In this document: positions 20,184-29,138 of the stretch, one piece after another | How the letters are laid out: every line of letters starts with the position of its first letter | Numbering within the stretch: the first letter of the stretch is position 1 | From: Candidatus Binatia bacterium | GTDB lineage: Bacteria > Desulfobacterota > Binatia > HRBIN30 | Direction of reading: 5' to 3' | DNA: 64,000 nucleotides | Assembly (NCBI GenBank): GCA_026415395.1 | Contig: JAOAHD010000003.1 | Span: 57,227 to 121,226 of the forward strand | The notes under the pieces: model-generated | Seen by the model: only the letters and a program-made list of their open reading frames with translations | Told to the model about the DNA's origin: nothing | Databases searched by the model: none | Made by a program: the position numbers and the translations under genes

Positions 20184-21566
20184 ATGGCTCCAGCGGTTTC
20201 CGGCCCGCAGTTTTCCAGCGAAGCGTCGCCTTCTGCCAATCATCCCTTGGACCAAACCGGCGAAGAGCTCGATGCTAAGGAGCTCCTCGAGGCTTGGCCT
20301 GTGCTCTCCGCGGAGGATCGCCGCAAGGCGTTTGCCTTATTGCCACGTCCGGCGGCCGAAGACTTGTTTTTGGCACTGCCAACGCGCGATCAGGCCGAGC
20401 TGATTCTCAGTTTGCCAGTTGCCGAGCGCCGGTCTTGGATTCGCTTGTTGCCGCCCGATGATGCGGCAGACTTAATTCAGCACGTTCCCAAAGAGGAACG
20501 TGAGGTACTGCTGGCGCTCTTGGATGATGCAACTCGCTCGCAGGTGAGTGGGCTGCTTGCGTATGCGGAAGACGCAGCCGGCGGACTCATGAATCCGCAC
20601 TATGCACGGCTGCGTCCGGACATGACCGTCACGGAGGCGATCACTTATCTCCGGAAATATGCAGCGGAGCATAGAGATACGACGTATTACGCTTACGTTT
20701 TGGACGACGAGCAGCGGCTGCTGGGGGTGTTGTCTTTTCGGGAGCTGTTTGCAGCCGGGCCAAATCAGTGCGTGGCCGACTGCATGCGCACCGACGTGGT
20801 TTCGATCACGGAAGATCAAGACCAGGAGGCGGTGAGCCGCTTGTTCCAACAACACCACTTCCTTGCCCTGCCGGTGGTCGACCGTGAAGGGCGGATGAAA
20901 GGCGTAGTTACGATCGACGACATCGTCGACGTTTTGCAAGAGGAGGCTACCGAGGACATCCAAAAAATCGGTGGTAGCGAGGCGCTGGACGCCCCGTACT
21001 GGGAGACCGATTTTGTTTCGATGGTGCGTAAGCGCGGCATGTGGCTGGCCGCGCTGTTCTTAGGCGAAATGCTCACAGCCACCGCCATGGGCTACTTCGA
21101 AGAGGAAATTGCCCGGGCTGTGGTGTTGGCTTTGTTCGTACCCCTGATCATCAGCTCTGGCGGGAATTCCGGTTCACAAGCCTCGACCCTCGTGATTCGC
21201 GCGATGGCACTTGGCGAGGTGCGCTTGCGCGACTGGTTCCGGGTTCTGATCCGCGAGCTTGGTTCTGGGCTAGCTCTTGGAGCTATTCTCGCGTTCATCG
21301 GTCTTTTGCGAATCGCCATTTGGCAGTGGGCATTCGGGATGTACGGCGATCATTGGGGATATATTGCCTTTACTGTTGGCTTGAGTCTCATCGGGGTGGT
21401 GACCTGGGGGACCCTCATGGGGTCCATGTTGCCGTTCATCTTGCGGTGGCTCGGTTTCGACCCGGCAAGCGCATCAGCTCCGTTTGTGGCTACTTTGGTC
21501 GACGTCACTGGTTTGATCATTTACTTCACGATTGCCAGCGTAGTTCTTCGGGGAACCCTTCTCTAG
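20184..21566 (+). CDS. mgtE: Magnesium transporter MgtE
   Basis: MgtE N-domain, a CBS pair and a five-TM C-terminus (PFVATLVDVTGLIIYF). ATG at 20184 with a GGGAGG SD. Confidence 0.9.
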   Translation: MAPAVSGPQFSSEASPSANHPLDQTGEELDAKELLEAWPVLSAEDRRKAFALLPRPAAEDLFLALPTRDQAELILSLPVAERRSWIRLLPPDDAADLIQHVPKEEREVLLALLDDATRSQVSGLLAYAEDAAGGLMNPHYARLRPDMTVTEAITYLRKYAAEHRDTTYYAYVLDDEQRLLGVLSFRELFAAGPNQCVADCMRTDVVSITEDQDQEAVSRLFQQHHFLALPVVDREGRMKGVVTIDDIVDVLQEEATEDIQKIGGSEALDAPYWETDFVSMVRKRGMWLAALFLGEMLTATAMGYFEEEIARAVVLALFVPLIISSGGNSGSQASTLVIRAMALGEVRLRDWFRVLIRELGSGLALGAILAFIGLLRIAIWQWAFGMYGDHWGYIAFTVGLSLIGVVTWGTLMGSMLPFILRWLGFDPASASAPFVATLVDVTGLIIYFTIASVVLRGTLL

Positions 21567-21770
21567 TGGGCCTGCTGGAAGCTGTGCGAAAGGTCTGTTC
21601 GCAATGAGTCACCGCCAAGGCAGATGCTTGGGCTTCGCAAGGCGGCGCCTCTGGGCCGACCGACAACGGACAGTTGCTGCAGCCCATGAACCACGCCATT
21701 CGTGCGTTGCTACGGAGTCGCTTACTGGCTGTGCTAGCGGGCCGCACTTTGGCAAGGCGCGGAAGGAGCA

Positions 21771-21844
21771 TGCCCTCGGCGCGATTCGAACGCGCGACCC
21801 CAGGATTAGGAATCCTGTGCTCTTTCCAACTGAGCTACGAGGGC
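21771..21844 (-). tRNA. tRNA-Arg (anticodon CCT)
   Basis: The reverse complement is GCCCTCGTAGCTCAGTTGGAAAGAGCACAGGATTCCTAATCCTGGGGTCGCGCGTTCGAATCGCGCCGAGGGCA. It has a 7-bp acceptor stem, D-arm GCTC/GAGC, anticodon loop TTCCTAA and T-loop TTCGAAT. No encoded CCA. Confidence 0.9.
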
Positions 21845-22080
21845 ACGAGATGCGGCCTCAATAAGACAAGGAACCATCCGTCCGTCAACCGGTTGGTGGA
21901 TCTTGATCCTGTGGGGAAGCGGGTAGGCTTTGGCCCGCCGGTTCCTTCCCGCAGAAGGTGCCGATCCGCTCTCAGCCTTATCAGGTTCGAATGCGAGGCC
22001 TAAGCTTTCGGGTCCAATCATGAGCTCCTCCGTAGCGCGGTGTTGACCTTTGTCGTCACTTGTCGCCATGCTTGGCGTCC

Positions 22081-24141
22081 ATGTCCAGGTGTGCACGACA
22101 GCTCGTGAAGCAAGCGGCAAATGGGAGCGCTGGCCAAAGCGGTGGTTGGAGTCGAGCAATTGGAGGCCGCTTTCTGGCTCTGCTGTTGCTCATAATGGCT
22201 GCTCACAGCGTCGCCACATTGGTCGGGGCGGTCACGCTCACGGTAGACTCCATCGCGGACCTTCCCGATGCCCGACCCGGCGACGGTTTGTGTTCTGTTG
22301 GGAGTCCTGATGTCTGCACGCTGCGGGCCGCAGTGCAGGAGGCCAATGCTACGCCGGAAGAGGACGTCATTCGCGTGCCGAGCTTGCAGCCGCGGTTTCG
22401 CCTGACGATACGAGGCTCGGATGCCGAGGATGCAAGCCAGGGGGATCTTGACGTACTCGCCGACCTGGTCATCGAAGGCGTGGGACCTGGAGTGGCGACC
22501 ATTGATGGCGACCGGGGGGATCGCATCTTCGACATTTTCAGTCCTGCCCGTGTGACGATTCGGAACTTGGTCTTGCAGTCGGGCCAAGTCGAGGCCGCAG
22601 GCGGGGCGGTTCGGAACGCGGGTGTGCTGCGGCTCGAAGGTGTTACCCTGCGAGACAACTCGGTTTCGACGGGTTCAGGTGGCGCCTTGGCAAATCTACC
22701 TGGAGCCGTAGCAACGGTGATCAATAGTACGTTCTTCAACAACACGGCAGCGCCAAACGGGCAAGGTGGTGCGGTGGCGAATCTACCGAGCGCGGTTCTC
22801 GAGCTGGATAGCGTGACGTTCAGCACAAACGGCGCAACCGCTGGCGGGGCAATTCACAACTTGGGGACGGCGACCATCCACAATTCCATTGTGGCGCACA
22901 GCTCTCTGGGCGCAAATTGTGCGGGCGTCCCGCTCCAATCGCTCGGGTACAACTTGGACACTGGTACTTCCTGCCTCCTGGATCAATTTGGGGATCTGAA
23001 TAACGCAGATCCGAGGTTAGCTGGACTCACGTTCAACGGAGGCCTGAGCCTGACTATGGCGTTGCAGCCCGGTAGCGATGCAATCGATCGAGGCGATCCT
23101 ATGCGTTGCCCTTCACGGGATCAACGGGGCTTCCCACGGCCCGCGGATGGCAATGGCGATGCCTTCGCTGTGTGCGATATCGGCGCTTTCGAGGTAAACC
23201 CTCCGACACCGACACCAACGATCTCCTTTACGCCGACCCCGACTGTGCCCAGTCCGACGCCCCCACCCAGCGCAACTTCCACGCCTCCTTTGCCGACCTC
23301 ATCCCCGACACGGACGGTGATCGCAACTGAAACACCCACGGTATCTCCGACGGCTTCCCCAGGCAGCGCGCCCCCGACTCTTACAGCAACTAACACCGTA
23401 CCGACCCCTACAGCATCAATGCCCCCTGAGCACCCAATCCTCCAGGTGGACACGGTTGCAGCGGTTCCCGGTGCTCACGTGCCGGTTGCAATACGCCTCC
23501 ACACTGCCGGCCGGCCCCTGGCGGCAGTACAGGCAGAGCTCAGTTTCGACCCAATCAATGCCCCAATCGCTCCGCGGGAAACGGGCATACCGGATTGTTT
23601 GGCCAACCCCGAGCTGGGCAAGTCCTTTGAGGTGCAATACCGTCCTGCTGCTTGCGTTGGCGAAGCGTGCATGCGAGTGGCTGCGTTCTTGTTCTCGGAA
23701 TTGCCCCCGTTGAGCATTATCCCGGACGGGAGTGTTTTGTGGACCTGTACCGTGGCAGTGAGCACGAGGGCAGCAGCGGGAGCATATAGCTTGACCATTA
23801 CCGATCAGTTTGTGGCGGACGACGAAGGTGATCGCGTAGTCGACGTGATTCTCCATCACGGTGCGGTCGTTGTGGTCTTACCGACAACGACGCCCATGTT
23901 CACAGCCTCGCCGACACCATCGCCAACCTCGACGCCGCGGTGTGCGGGCGACTGCAACGGCGATGGCTTGGTGACGATAGAGGAGCTCATCACGCTGGTC
24001 GGCATTGGGTTGGAGCTCCGGCCTGCTCAAGATTGCCTGGCCGGAGACGGGAACCAGGACGGGCAAATTACGGTGGAGGAAATTGTTGCGGCAGTGAACC
24101 GTGCTCTCGGTGGCTGTAGTGAACACCGGTACAGGAGGTGA
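22081..24141 (+). CDS. Secreted multi-domain protein: CSLREA-like N-terminus, Pmp-type beta-helix repeats, choice-of-anchor-Q-like region, Pro/Thr linker, cohesin-like domain, C-terminal dockerin-like repeats
   Basis: Signal peptide (LALLLLIMAAHSVA); CTLRAAVQEAN; GGA[LVI]-x-N and FxxN repeats; GYNLDTGTSC...DQRGFPRP...CDIGAFE; PTPTPT linker; DCNGDGLVTIEEL and DGNQDGQITVEEI EF-hand-like repeats. ATG at 22081 (a TTG at 22060 is possible). Confidence 0.7.
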   Translation: MSRCARQLVKQAANGSAGQSGGWSRAIGGRFLALLLLIMAAHSVATLVGAVTLTVDSIADLPDARPGDGLCSVGSPDVCTLRAAVQEANATPEEDVIRVPSLQPRFRLTIRGSDAEDASQGDLDVLADLVIEGVGPGVATIDGDRGDRIFDIFSPARVTIRNLVLQSGQVEAAGGAVRNAGVLRLEGVTLRDNSVSTGSGGALANLPGAVATVINSTFFNNTAAPNGQGGAVANLPSAVLELDSVTFSTNGATAGGAIHNLGTATIHNSIVAHSSLGANCAGVPLQSLGYNLDTGTSCLLDQFGDLNNADPRLAGLTFNGGLSLTMALQPGSDAIDRGDPMRCPSRDQRGFPRPADGNGDAFAVCDIGAFEVNPPTPTPTISFTPTPTVPSPTPPPSATSTPPLPTSSPTRTVIATETPTVSPTASPGSAPPTLTATNTVPTPTASMPPEHPILQVDTVAAVPGAHVPVAIRLHTAGRPLAAVQAELSFDPINAPIAPRETGIPDCLANPELGKSFEVQYRPAACVGEACMRVAAFLFSELPPLSIIPDGSVLWTCTVAVSTRAAAGAYSLTITDQFVADDEGDRVVDVILHHGAVVVVLPTTTPMFTASPTPSPTSTPRCAGDCNGDGLVTIEELITLVGIGLELRPAQDCLAGDGNQDGQITVEEIVAAVNRALGGCSEHRYRR
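23197..23430 (+). repeat. Low-complexity Pro/Thr/Ser-rich linker coding region inside the secreted protein
   Basis: The translation is NPPTPTPTISFTPTPTVPSPTPPPSATSTPPLPTSSPTRT...TPTASMPP. The DNA is rich in ccgac/acgcc units. Confidence 0.6.
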
Positions 24142-24146
24142 GGTGT

Positions 24147-24569
24147 ATGGCTAGCGTATTTACGCGCATCATTCGTGGCGAGCTCCCCGCCCGTTTCGTA
24201 TGGAAGGACGAACAGTGCGTGGCGTTTTTGTCGATACACCCACTGCGTCCGGGGCATACGTTGGTTGTACCCCGCGAGGAGATTGATCATTGGCTGGATT
24301 TGCCCGCTCCGCTGCTAACGCATCTGACCTTAGTAGCTCAAAAGATCGGCCACGCTTTGCAGCGCGCTTTCAAGCCGACCAAGGTGGGGCTCATGTTGGC
24401 TGGCTTGGAGGTGCCCCATGTGCACTTTCATGTTGTGCCGATTGACTCCGTGTACGATTTGGACTTCGCCCGACAGGATCTGAACCCCAAACCGGAAGCT
24501 TTGGATCAGGCCGCTAAGGTTATTCGCGAGGCGTTGCGAGAACTGGGTTTTCCAGAAGTAACTGAGTAA
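24147..24569 (+). CDS. HIT (histidine triad) family protein
   Basis: Triad motif VPHVHFHVVP. AGGAGG RBS 8 nt upstream of the ATG at 24147. Confidence 0.85.
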   Translation: MASVFTRIIRGELPARFVWKDEQCVAFLSIHPLRPGHTLVVPREEIDHWLDLPAPLLTHLTLVAQKIGHALQRAFKPTKVGLMLAGLEVPHVHFHVVPIDSVYDLDFARQDLNPKPEALDQAAKVIREALRELGFPEVTE

Positions 24570-24645
24570 GGCCGAGTTCATCTCGAGTGTTCGTCAGAGT
24601 CTTGGTTGAACGGAAACGTCAAGTGTCACAGAAAGGAGGTCTTCG

Positions 24646-25245
24646 ATGAGTTGGGGCGTTCGTGTTGTTGTTTGGACGCTCTGTGTTGCGACGGTCGCTG
24701 GGACTGCAGCAGCGGAGCAGGTTTACGAGATCGATCCGGCGCATACCGCAGCACACTTTGCTGTTCGTCACATGATGGTGTCCACCGTGCGGGGCACCAT
24801 GGGAAAGGTGACTGGGGTTGTGTATTTCGACGAGCTGGAGCCGACGCGCTCTCATGTTGAAGCGGTCATTGACGCTACTGGGATCGACACGAAGGAGCCG
24901 AAGCGGGACGAGCACCTTCGCTCGCCGGATTTTCTGGACACTGCGAAATACCCGACCATCACGTTTAAGTCGAAGCGCGTGGTGAAGCTCGCGGACGACA
25001 AGTACCAAGTTGTGGGCGACCTCACGATTAAGGGGGTGACTAAGGAGGTCACTCTGGATGTTGAGGGAGTCCCGCGGCCGTTTACCGACCCCTTCGGGAA
25101 GATGCGCATGGGAGGCAACGCACGGACAAGGATCAACCGTCAGGACTTCGGCGTGAACTTTAATAAGCTGATGGACAACGGCGGTCTTGTGGTCGGGAAC
25201 GACGTAGACATCACAGTCGATGTCGAAGTGGTTCGGCAGAAGTGA
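24646..25245 (+). CDS. YceI family periplasmic polyisoprenoid-binding protein
   Basis: Signal peptide; YEIDPAHTAAHFAVRHMMVSTVRG and GDLTIKGVTKEVTLDVE. AAGGAGG RBS. Confidence 0.85.
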   Translation: MSWGVRVVVWTLCVATVAGTAAAEQVYEIDPAHTAAHFAVRHMMVSTVRGTMGKVTGVVYFDELEPTRSHVEAVIDATGIDTKEPKRDEHLRSPDFLDTAKYPTITFKSKRVVKLADDKYQVVGDLTIKGVTKEVTLDVEGVPRPFTDPFGKMRMGGNARTRINRQDFGVNFNKLMDNGGLVVGNDVDITVDVEVVRQK

Positions 25246-25508
25246 CTGGTGGGTGTGAATGAGAGTGAGGACGTGTTGCTGGGGGCCGTGGCCCCGTTCT
25301 CTGGAGTGGCAGCGCTTGTGGTGGCTGGGCGTACCGGTGTGTTCCATATGCGGCCGAACTTGCCGCCCGCGTTGAGGCAGAATTGGAAGCAGAGGGTCTG
25401 GTAAGAATCGGCTTCTCCCGCTGGAAGGCCAGTCCGAGCAGAGTTGGACGGTGCCGGCTCGGCTGCGCTGCCGGCTCCAGAGTGGCTCGATCTCGGTGCG
25501 GCTGAAGG

Positions 25509-26867
25509 CTACTTGCCGTACCTCGTCAGGGTCATGGAGTCGAACAAGCCCGGGTCGAGCGGCACGCGGCGTTGCGCCGGCGCCTGCGGATCCGCTCGCA
25601 GACCGCCGAGTGTGGCACGATCCAGTTTGAAATTTTCCGCACACGCCCAAAGAATCGTGCTTGCCGGGAGCCACTCGGGATCCTTTGGATCTCCGGCCAT
25701 ATGGTTTACTCGCGCTTGCATCTGGTAGTTGTGAACGAGCTCTCCATTCCAGGTAAACTTCCGGTTCCACGCACCGTCCCACGTTTCTGCATCGATCCAA
25801 AGCTCGATGCGGCCGTAGAGGTAGTACTTATCCCGGGGGATCGCCTCGACGATCCACATGGGCCGTTTTGCGAGAGCGGAGTCCGTTGGAGCCCAGGGTA
25901 CACCCTTCCATCCGGGTAACCAGAAGCCGGCGGTTGGCGGGTTTAGGTCGGTCACAATGTTCCAGCCTCCACCAGGAACCGGCGTGATGGGAATAGGGCC
26001 GCTCACAGCGTTGGGGTCAACGATGCGTAACGCGTCGCGTTTGCCGATGAGCTTGAACTGGAAATCTTCGGGCTTGCCGTCAAAAAAGAACCCGTCGTCT
26101 CCGCTGATATCGGAACCCAAGTAGCCATCGGAACGGTTGGCGGGGCTCACTGCACGGACGCGTCGGAGCGCGGGCACGTACGCCCAGACGGAGTCTCGCT
26201 TTTGCGGATCCCGATAGCGCCAGGTGAGGGAAGAGGTTCCTTGCAGATCGGCGGGAGATTTTGTCACGCCCAAGAACTGGCTCTGCAAATGATTCGGGTT
26301 GGGTTGCCGGTATTTAGGCGGAACACCGTCGTAAAAGTTGAACCAACCATCGGCCACAATGCCGCGATCAAGCCCACGGCGGCTCATCATCGCGACCAGC
26401 GTGCGGTTGTAGCTCGAGCCCCCATACCAATACGCAAGAAACTGGTTCCAAACAATTTTGACGCCGGCCTTCGGATCGTTCGGATCGATGTTAGGAAAAG
26501 GAATTCCGTAGTAGAAATCAGGTTGCTTGCCAGTGGCCTTATCGACGATGGTTCCCCGCTCGTCGACGTCCAGGGTCGTGGCATTCTTCTCGGTGGCCTC
26601 CAAGAACGACTTCTCCCACTTCGCCGTGCCGACGGGATACGAGACAATGCGGTTGCGGTACTCTCCCCTCTCGTAGTGCCTCAGGATCTCGGGAGGGAGC
26701 AGGTCCTTGGCCAAATGCGCGTTCGTCTGATCGAGGTAGTCTCCGACGCGTAAACCGGGCGCCACCTCGTCGCTGGCTCGTGAGGGACCGCCAAGCAATG
26801 GCAAAAAAGCGAGAATAAGGGTTAAGACACGACTCCAGATCCGCAACGGACTTGATTCTCTCGGCAT
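25509..26867 (-). CDS. DUF1329 / LolA-like outer-membrane lipoprotein-sorting family protein, secreted
   Basis: Signal peptide after the ATG at 26867 (RBS GGAAGGGGA). YYGIPFPNIDPNDP and YVPALRRVRAVSPANRSDGYLGSDISGDD are family-typical. Confidence 0.7.
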   Translation of the reverse strand: MPRESSPLRIWSRVLTLILAFLPLLGGPSRASDEVAPGLRVGDYLDQTNAHLAKDLLPPEILRHYERGEYRNRIVSYPVGTAKWEKSFLEATEKNATTLDVDERGTIVDKATGKQPDFYYGIPFPNIDPNDPKAGVKIVWNQFLAYWYGGSSYNRTLVAMMSRRGLDRGIVADGWFNFYDGVPPKYRQPNPNHLQSQFLGVTKSPADLQGTSSLTWRYRDPQKRDSVWAYVPALRRVRAVSPANRSDGYLGSDISGDDGFFFDGKPEDFQFKLIGKRDALRIVDPNAVSGPIPITPVPGGGWNIVTDLNPPTAGFWLPGWKGVPWAPTDSALAKRPMWIVEAIPRDKYYLYGRIELWIDAETWDGAWNRKFTWNGELVHNYQMQARVNHMAGDPKDPEWLPASTILWACAENFKLDRATLGGLRADPQAPAQRRVPLDPGLFDSMTLTRYGK

Positions 26868-26976
26868 TCTTCCCCTTCCTTTCTGACAGATTGTTTTTTG
26901 ACCCTGCGGCCTCGCCACGCCGCTTGCAATTCCCTTCCATCCCTCCGAGCGGGTACTCCCTCTAGCATGACCTTCC

Positions 26977-26998
26977 TTGACAAACAAACGTTCGTTGG
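26977..26998 (+). promoter_or_regulatory. Promoter -35 plus TetR-type operator (site A), upstream of the DUF35/thiolase-like operon
   Basis: TTGACAAACAAACGTTCGTTGG matches 32853-32874 at 21 of 22 positions. It contains TTGACA and the imperfect palindrome ACAAACGTTCGT. Confidence 0.6.
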
Positions 26999-27014
26999 AA
27001 TAGATGCCCCGACC

Positions 27015-27485
27015 ATGCGACTGACGGAGTTGACGATTGAGCCCATGACGCAGCGCCAAGTCATGGAGTTTCCCTACAAGCGTTCCACCGGTCCGGTTGT
27101 TGGCCGGTTCCTAGCCGCATTGCGGGACCAACGACAAATTTGGGGACAACGCGTGCTCGGGGGCGCCGTGGTGGTCCCGCCGCAAGGCTACTCTGAGTGG
27201 GATGGAAGTGCCGCCACGGAATGGGTGCCCGTGGCTGATGAAGGAACTGTCGTAGCGGTTGCTCGGGTGTGGGAGCCGATTGAACGGCTCCATCCATTTA
27301 CCGAGCCTTTTGCTTACATTTTGGTTCGGCTCGACGGGGCCGACACCGCTCTCCTGCATGTTGCCAAATCGGATCAGGAGCATATCCGCATTGGTTCGCG
27401 TGTACGGGCTGAGTGGGCTCCTGACGGAGAGCGGAAGGGGTCGATCTGGGACATTCGCGAGTTCCGCCTCGTTCGACCTACTTAA
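27015..27485 (+). CDS. DUF35-type OB-fold protein (zinc-ribbon cysteines absent)
   Basis: The pattern GRFLAALRDQRQIWGQR...VPPQGY...WVPVADEGTVVA...ILVRLDGAD...IGSRVRAEW matches a DUF35 OB-fold layout. The start is uncertain (27015, 27045 or 27063). I chose the first ATG downstream of the operator/promoter. Longer ORF starts (26898, 26967) would place the operator inside the CDS. Confidence 0.65.
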   Translation: MRLTELTIEPMTQRQVMEFPYKRSTGPVVGRFLAALRDQRQIWGQRVLGGAVVVPPQGYSEWDGSAATEWVPVADEGTVVAVARVWEPIERLHPFTEPFAYILVRLDGADTALLHVAKSDQEHIRIGSRVRAEWAPDGERKGSIWDIREFRLVRPT

Positions 27486-27505
27486 GGCTTAGCGGAGGTA
27501 CGGCA

Positions 27506-28006
27506 ATGAAATTTGCAGCCCCGCCGGACGATCCGGTGAAGTACGTCGATTCGTTAGTTTGGCTTCCCTACCACTACGTTGCGGGAGACTACCGTGCGGT
27601 CTACCTGCGGGCCCTCAAAGACAAACAGATTTTAGGGTCGCGCTGCGATAAGACGGGAAAAGTCTTCGTCCCGCCGGTGATCAACTCTCCGGAGAGTTTT
27701 GCCCCGTGCTCCGAAATCGTGCAGGTGAGTGACCGAGGTACGGTGACCACGTTCTGCATCGTGAACATCCCAGTCATCGGACGAAACCTGGAACTCCCGT
27801 ATGTGGCTGCGTCGGTTTTGCTCGACGGCGCCGACATCCCAATCTTTGCACTGATCCAGGAATGTCGTGCTGAGGATGTCCACATGGGTATGCGCGTGGA
27901 AGCAGTGTGGAAGCCCGACGGCGAGCGGCAGGGAGACCACGAGGACATTTTGCATTTCAGGCCGAGCACCGAACCGCCTTCTACGGACTGGCCTCGGGCA
28001 CTTTGA
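27506..28006 (+). CDS. DUF35-type OB-fold protein (partial zinc ribbon)
   Basis: GGAGG RBS. YLRALKDKQILGSRCDKTGKVFVPP...C...VSDRGTVTTFCIV...VLLDGADI...GMRVEAVWKP. Confidence 0.75.
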   Translation: MKFAAPPDDPVKYVDSLVWLPYHYVAGDYRAVYLRALKDKQILGSRCDKTGKVFVPPVINSPESFAPCSEIVQVSDRGTVTTFCIVNIPVIGRNLELPYVAASVLLDGADIPIFALIQECRAEDVHMGMRVEAVWKPDGERQGDHEDILHFRPSTEPPSTDWPRAL

Positions 28007-28016
28007 GGGGAAAGCC

Positions 28017-29138
28017 ATGGCACAGTTGCGGAACATCGCGATCGTCGGCTTTGCTCAGTTGCCCGTTGTTGCGCGCGATGAGCATCGTACCGCGACGGAA
28101 ATGCTGTACCCTGTGGTGCGGGAAGCGTTGCAACAGTGCGGGGTCGAGCGCGACGATATTGACTACCAGATTGCTGGATCCACCGACTATATGGATGGTC
28201 GTCCCTTTGGCTTCGTCGCAGCCCTGGAATCCATGGGTTCGTGGCCACCGCGCGAAGACCTGCATTTGGAAATGGACGGGACGTTTTGTGCCTATTACGC
28301 CTGGCTGCGAATGCAGGCCGGCTACTGCGACACGGCGCTGATTGTGGCGCACGGGAAGGTCTCCGAGGGGGAACCACGAAGGGTTACGAACTTGCAGATC
28401 GACCCGTACTACCACGCTCCGCTCGGCATCGATGGGGTGGTGTCAGCCGCTTTGCAGGCAAGCATGTTCATGGCGCGCTCTGGAGTGAGCGATCGGGAAC
28501 TCGCACAAGTGGCTGCCCGCAACCGACTCCACGGCGCCAAGAATCCTGACAACCAGCTTCGCTCGCCTGCATCAGCGGAGGAACTGCAGCGGACCCCGTA
28601 CGTCGTGGAGCCCTTGCGAGCTGGCTACCTGCCGCCGGTCGGTGAATCGGCGACGTGTTTGATTCTCGCTGCCGAGGGCAAGGCGGAACGGATGTGCGAG
28701 CGGCCGGCCTGGATTCACGGCGTCGAGCATCGGTCGGAGTTGCAAACCCTTGGAGCACGGGACCTCTCCCGTAGCTTGGGGGCAAAATTGGCTGCGGAAA
28801 AGGCGCTGGCGATGGCTGGACTCGATCGGGCCGACCAGGTCGACCTTGCCGAACTAGCTGCCACCAATCCGGCTGAGGAAATGCTGCTATGCGAAGCGTT
28901 GGGCTTAGACCCATTTGCGAGCCGCCCGGTCTTGAACCCGTCGGGCGGCCCGCTGTGCGCTGATCCGGTTATGAGCACTGGGCTTATCCGCTTGGGAGAA
29001 GCGTTCCGGCAGCTTTCCGGACGTGCTGGTGAGCGCACTGTATCTGGTGCCGAACTGGCTTTGGTGCACGGGCAACAAGGGCATTGCTTACAAACCAACA
29101 TCGTCTGGATTTGCGGAAGCAGGAGGAGATGGTCATGA
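28017..29138 (+). CDS. Thiolase-fold (SCP-x/Ltp-like) protein, apparently lacking canonical catalytic Cys/His
   Basis: Thiolase-like length and layout (IAIVGFAQLPV..., NPSGGPLCADPVMSTGL). GHP is replaced by ADP and HDxF by ATNP. GAGGGG RBS before the ATG at 28017. Confidence 0.8.
   Translation: MAQLRNIAIVGFAQLPVVARDEHRTATEMLYPVVREALQQCGVERDDIDYQIAGSTDYMDGRPFGFVAALESMGSWPPREDLHLEMDGTFCAYYAWLRMQAGYCDTALIVAHGKVSEGEPRRVTNLQIDPYYHAPLGIDGVVSAALQASMFMARSGVSDRELAQVAARNRLHGAKNPDNQLRSPASAEELQRTPYVVEPLRAGYLPPVGESATCLILAAEGKAERMCERPAWIHGVEHRSELQTLGARDLSRSLGAKLAAEKALAMAGLDRADQVDLAELAATNPAEEMLLCEALGLDPFASRPVLNPSGGPLCADPVMSTGLIRLGEAFRQLSGRAGERTVSGAELALVHGQQGHCLQTNIVWICGSRRRWS

Noticed and set aside
21567-21770. 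The ORFs at 21604-21864 and 21674-22003, or a possible small RNA, between mgtE and the tRNA
   Set aside because: Both ORFs run across the tRNA-Arg gene and have no RBS or motifs. I recognised no known RNA family (6S, SRP, tmRNA, RNase P) by eye.
21771-22081. tRNA-Arg(CCT) as the integration site of a genomic island carrying the large secreted protein
   Set aside because: There is no integrase, no recombinase and no direct repeat of the tRNA 3' end within the window. The flanking genes (HIT, YceI) look like ordinary chromosome.
23197-23430. The repetitive ccgac/acgcc DNA could be a tandem repeat or CRISPR-like array
   Set aside because: It is in frame within a long CDS and simply encodes a Pro/Thr/Ser linker. 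There are no regular repeat-spacer units.
25281-25296. A GGGGC-CGTG-GCCCC hairpin after the YceI gene could be an intrinsic terminator
   Set aside because: It has only a 5-6 bp stem and a poor U-tract (GTTCTCT). That is too weak to call as a feature, although it may contribute to termination in the 263-bp convergent gap.
24619-25800. A 393-aa minus-strand ORF, and similar long antisense ORFs at 39418-40329, 49095-50168, 32203-33135, 10923-11813 and 7129-7908
   Set aside because: Each lies antisense to or overlapping a well-supported, motif-rich gene. Their translations are Arg/Pro/Gly/Ser-rich low-information sequence, typical of spurious open frames in GC-rich DNA. None has an RBS or recognisable motifs.
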